Position numbers and translations under genes: made by a program. A DNA stretch of 64,000 nucleotides. Source: an uncultured Pelolinea sp. (GTDB lineage: Bacteria; Chloroflexota; Anaerolineae; Anaerolineales; Anaerolineaceae). Below the pieces are notes generated by a model. The model was not told the origin of the DNA, ran no database searches, and saw nothing but the letters and a program-made list of their open reading frames with translations. Positions 62,362 to 64,000 of the stretch are shown here, piece by piece. Position 1 is the stretch's first letter. Each line of letters opens with the position of its first letter. Location: assembly GCA_964612815.1 (NCBI GenBank), contig CAZTCV010000001.1, positions 392,885 to 456,884 of the forward strand. The letters are read 5' to 3'.

Positions 62362-63915
62362 TTATTCCTGCGGGAGGGTGATGTTTTGCAGGGAACGGTA
62401 GAATGGGCGCAAGCGCTTGTACATTTTCAGATAGACCTCACGATAGAGTTGGTCGTAGACGGCATGGGCGTTTGGCTGGGGCTGGAAGGTATCTCCTAGG
62501 CGGGTCATAGCCGCAATGGCGCTGGGATAATCGGGATGCAGCCCGACCCCAACCGCGGCATTGATAGCCGCGCCCAAGCCAGACGCTTCATAGATATGAG
62601 GGCGTGAGACCGGCAGGCCAAACACATCCGCGGTGAGCTGCATGGCGGCATCGCTCTGGCTGCCGCCGCCAGCCACGCGCAGCTGATCGATGGGGACTTT
62701 TGATCGTTTTTCAGTGCGTTCCTTGCCATCGCGCAGGGCATAGGCAAGCCCCTCCAGAATGGCGCGGTAGACGTGGGCGCGGGTGTGGGAATCGTTGAAA
62801 CCGATGATGGCGCCGCGCGCTTCCGGGCCGGGATAGCGCAAACCGGGCGACCAGAACGGCTGCAGGACGAGCCCCTGAGAACCGGGCGGCACCTGCTTGA
62901 CAAGATCTTCAAATAGATTTTCCGGTTCCACGCCGCTCTCTTCCGCCATGCTGCGCTCGCGCAAGCCAAACTCCTGTTTGAACCAGCTGACCATCCAGTA
63001 GCCGCGGTAGATCTGCAATTCCATGTTATAGGCGTGCGGCACGGCGGCGGGATAGGGCGGGATGAGAGGGATGATCTCGATATAGTTCTTGTGGGTGGTG
63101 TTGATGGTGGCGGTGGTGCCATAGCTGAGGCAGGCCACATTTGGTTCGAGACTGCCGGCACCAAGCACCTCGCAGGCTTTATCGGCAGCGGAGGCGATCA
63201 ACGGTAGGCCAGCCGGCAACCCTGTTTCCTGCGCTGCTGCGCGGGTGATCTCGCCCAGGGTCTGACCGACCGGAACGATGGTGACCAGTTTTTCGGGTTC
63301 GATGGCAAGCGCCTGCCAATACCAATGCGATGGGGCGGCCCAGGCCTGTTTCTTATAATCGAGCGGCATGTACCCGACCTGGCTGCCAACCGAATCGATG
63401 AACTGGCTGGTGAGCTGATGGATCAGGTATCCGGAGAGATAGGTGAATTTATGGGTTTGCTTCCAGATATCAGGCTGGTTCTTGGCGAGCCAATTGACTT
63501 CCGCTTCCGCCTGAAGGTAATTGACGGTGGGGCGCATTCCGATCAGATCGAATGCCAACCCCCATAAACCGCGCACAGGTTTGAAACCTTCCTCCCGGCG
63601 CTGGTCGAGCCAGACAATGGCGGGGCGCAGGGGTTTGCCGTTTTTATCCAGATTGACCACTGTCGCGCGCTGGGCGGTGAGGGAGACGGCAGCGATCTGT
63701 TTGCTATCGACACCATCTTTGGCGAGCAAGCCGCGGCAGGCCTGGCAGAGCGCGTCCCAATAGACCCGCGGATCCTGCTCAGCCAAACCTGGCCGAGTAG
63801 AGTAATAAGGCTCGATTGGAACGCGCTGCTTGGCGATCAGGTCGCCGCGCAGGTTGAAAAGAAGCGCACGAACGGATTGGGTTCCGCAGTCGATCGCCAG
63901 TAAGTGTTCTGCCAT
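62362..63915 (-). CDS. FGGY-family carbohydrate kinase
   Basis: LAIDCGTQSVRALLF (phosphate-1 motif), GGGSQSDAAMQ (FGGY signature 2 region), 517 aa, GGAGG RBS. Confidence 0.85.
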   Translation of the reverse strand: MAEHLLAIDCGTQSVRALLFNLRGDLIAKQRVPIEPYYSTRPGLAEQDPRVYWDALCQACRGLLAKDGVDSKQIAAVSLTAQRATVVNLDKNGKPLRPAIVWLDQRREEGFKPVRGLWGLAFDLIGMRPTVNYLQAEAEVNWLAKNQPDIWKQTHKFTYLSGYLIHQLTSQFIDSVGSQVGYMPLDYKKQAWAAPSHWYWQALAIEPEKLVTIVPVGQTLGEITRAAAQETGLPAGLPLIASAADKACEVLGAGSLEPNVACLSYGTTATINTTHKNYIEIIPLIPPYPAAVPHAYNMELQIYRGYWMVSWFKQEFGLRERSMAEESGVEPENLFEDLVKQVPPGSQGLVLQPFWSPGLRYPGPEARGAIIGFNDSHTRAHVYRAILEGLAYALRDGKERTEKRSKVPIDQLRVAGGGSQSDAAMQLTADVFGLPVSRPHIYEASGLGAAINAAVGVGLHPDYPSAIAAMTRLGDTFQPQPNAHAVYDQLYREVYLKMYKRLRPFYRSLQNITLPQE

Positions 63916-63933
63916 AGGTCCTCCGATATTATT

Positions 63934-64000
63934 CTATTTGATGAAACCCCAGCGTTTCGATTTTTGCACACGGTCCATATCGAGAGCGAGTGTTCCGCCT
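63934..64000 (-). CDS. 3' end of an upstream minus-strand gene (partial, function unknown)
   Basis: The open frame to the window edge ends …GGTLALDMDRVQKSKRWGFIK-TAG, 18 nt before the FGGY start. Too short to identify. Confidence 0.3.
   Translation of the reverse strand, partial: GGTLALDMDRVQKSKRWGFIK

Noticed and set aside
62176-62499. 107 aa (+) and 67 aa (+) ORFs overlapping tRNA-Arg and the 3' end of the FGGY kinase.
   Set aside because: Same reasoning: they overlap a canonical tRNA and are antisense to a supported CDS.

Overview
This 64 kb window looks like a chromosomal segment from a monoderm, mid-GC bacterium. The protein architectures suggest Chloroflexota/Anaerolineae, but that is inference, not a database result. 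All calls come from reading the six-frame track and the DNA for family motifs; no search was run. Coding density is high, with about 58 CDS and 2 tRNAs.

Main content:
- **Purine and nucleoside salvage:** hpt, purB, a divergent purA-like gene, a nucleoside hydrolase, two tandem PNP/UDP-family phosphorylases, a BMP-type nucleoside ABC transporter and surE.
- **PfkB kinase fused to a DUF2419/QNG1 queuosine-salvage domain.**
- **AT-rich mobile island of about 2.6 kb:** a Panacea(DUF4065)/RelE-like toxin-antitoxin pair, a P63C phage protein and a truncated IS1595 transposase.
- **A 7.3 kb gene for a 2437 aa surface protein:** about 16 Ig-like repeats, then an LPETG motif fused directly to a C-terminal sortase catalytic domain.
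- **Two two-component systems.** One is preceded by a CarH-type (Wx9EH) B12-binding module and followed by a triple-FAS1 lipoprotein.
- **A 10-gene lactose/cellobiose-family PTS operon:** three GH4 paralogs, a DegT aminotransferase, a histidine phosphatase and an FGE-like protein.
- **A membrane-anchored rhodanese** with an in-frame TGA at the catalytic-Cys position.

The candidates I rank highest for follow-up are the LPETG-sortase autofusion, the possible selenocysteine rhodanese, the PfkB-QNG1 fusion, the B12-photosensor-like two-component module and the amino-sugar-like PTS/GH4/DegT operon.
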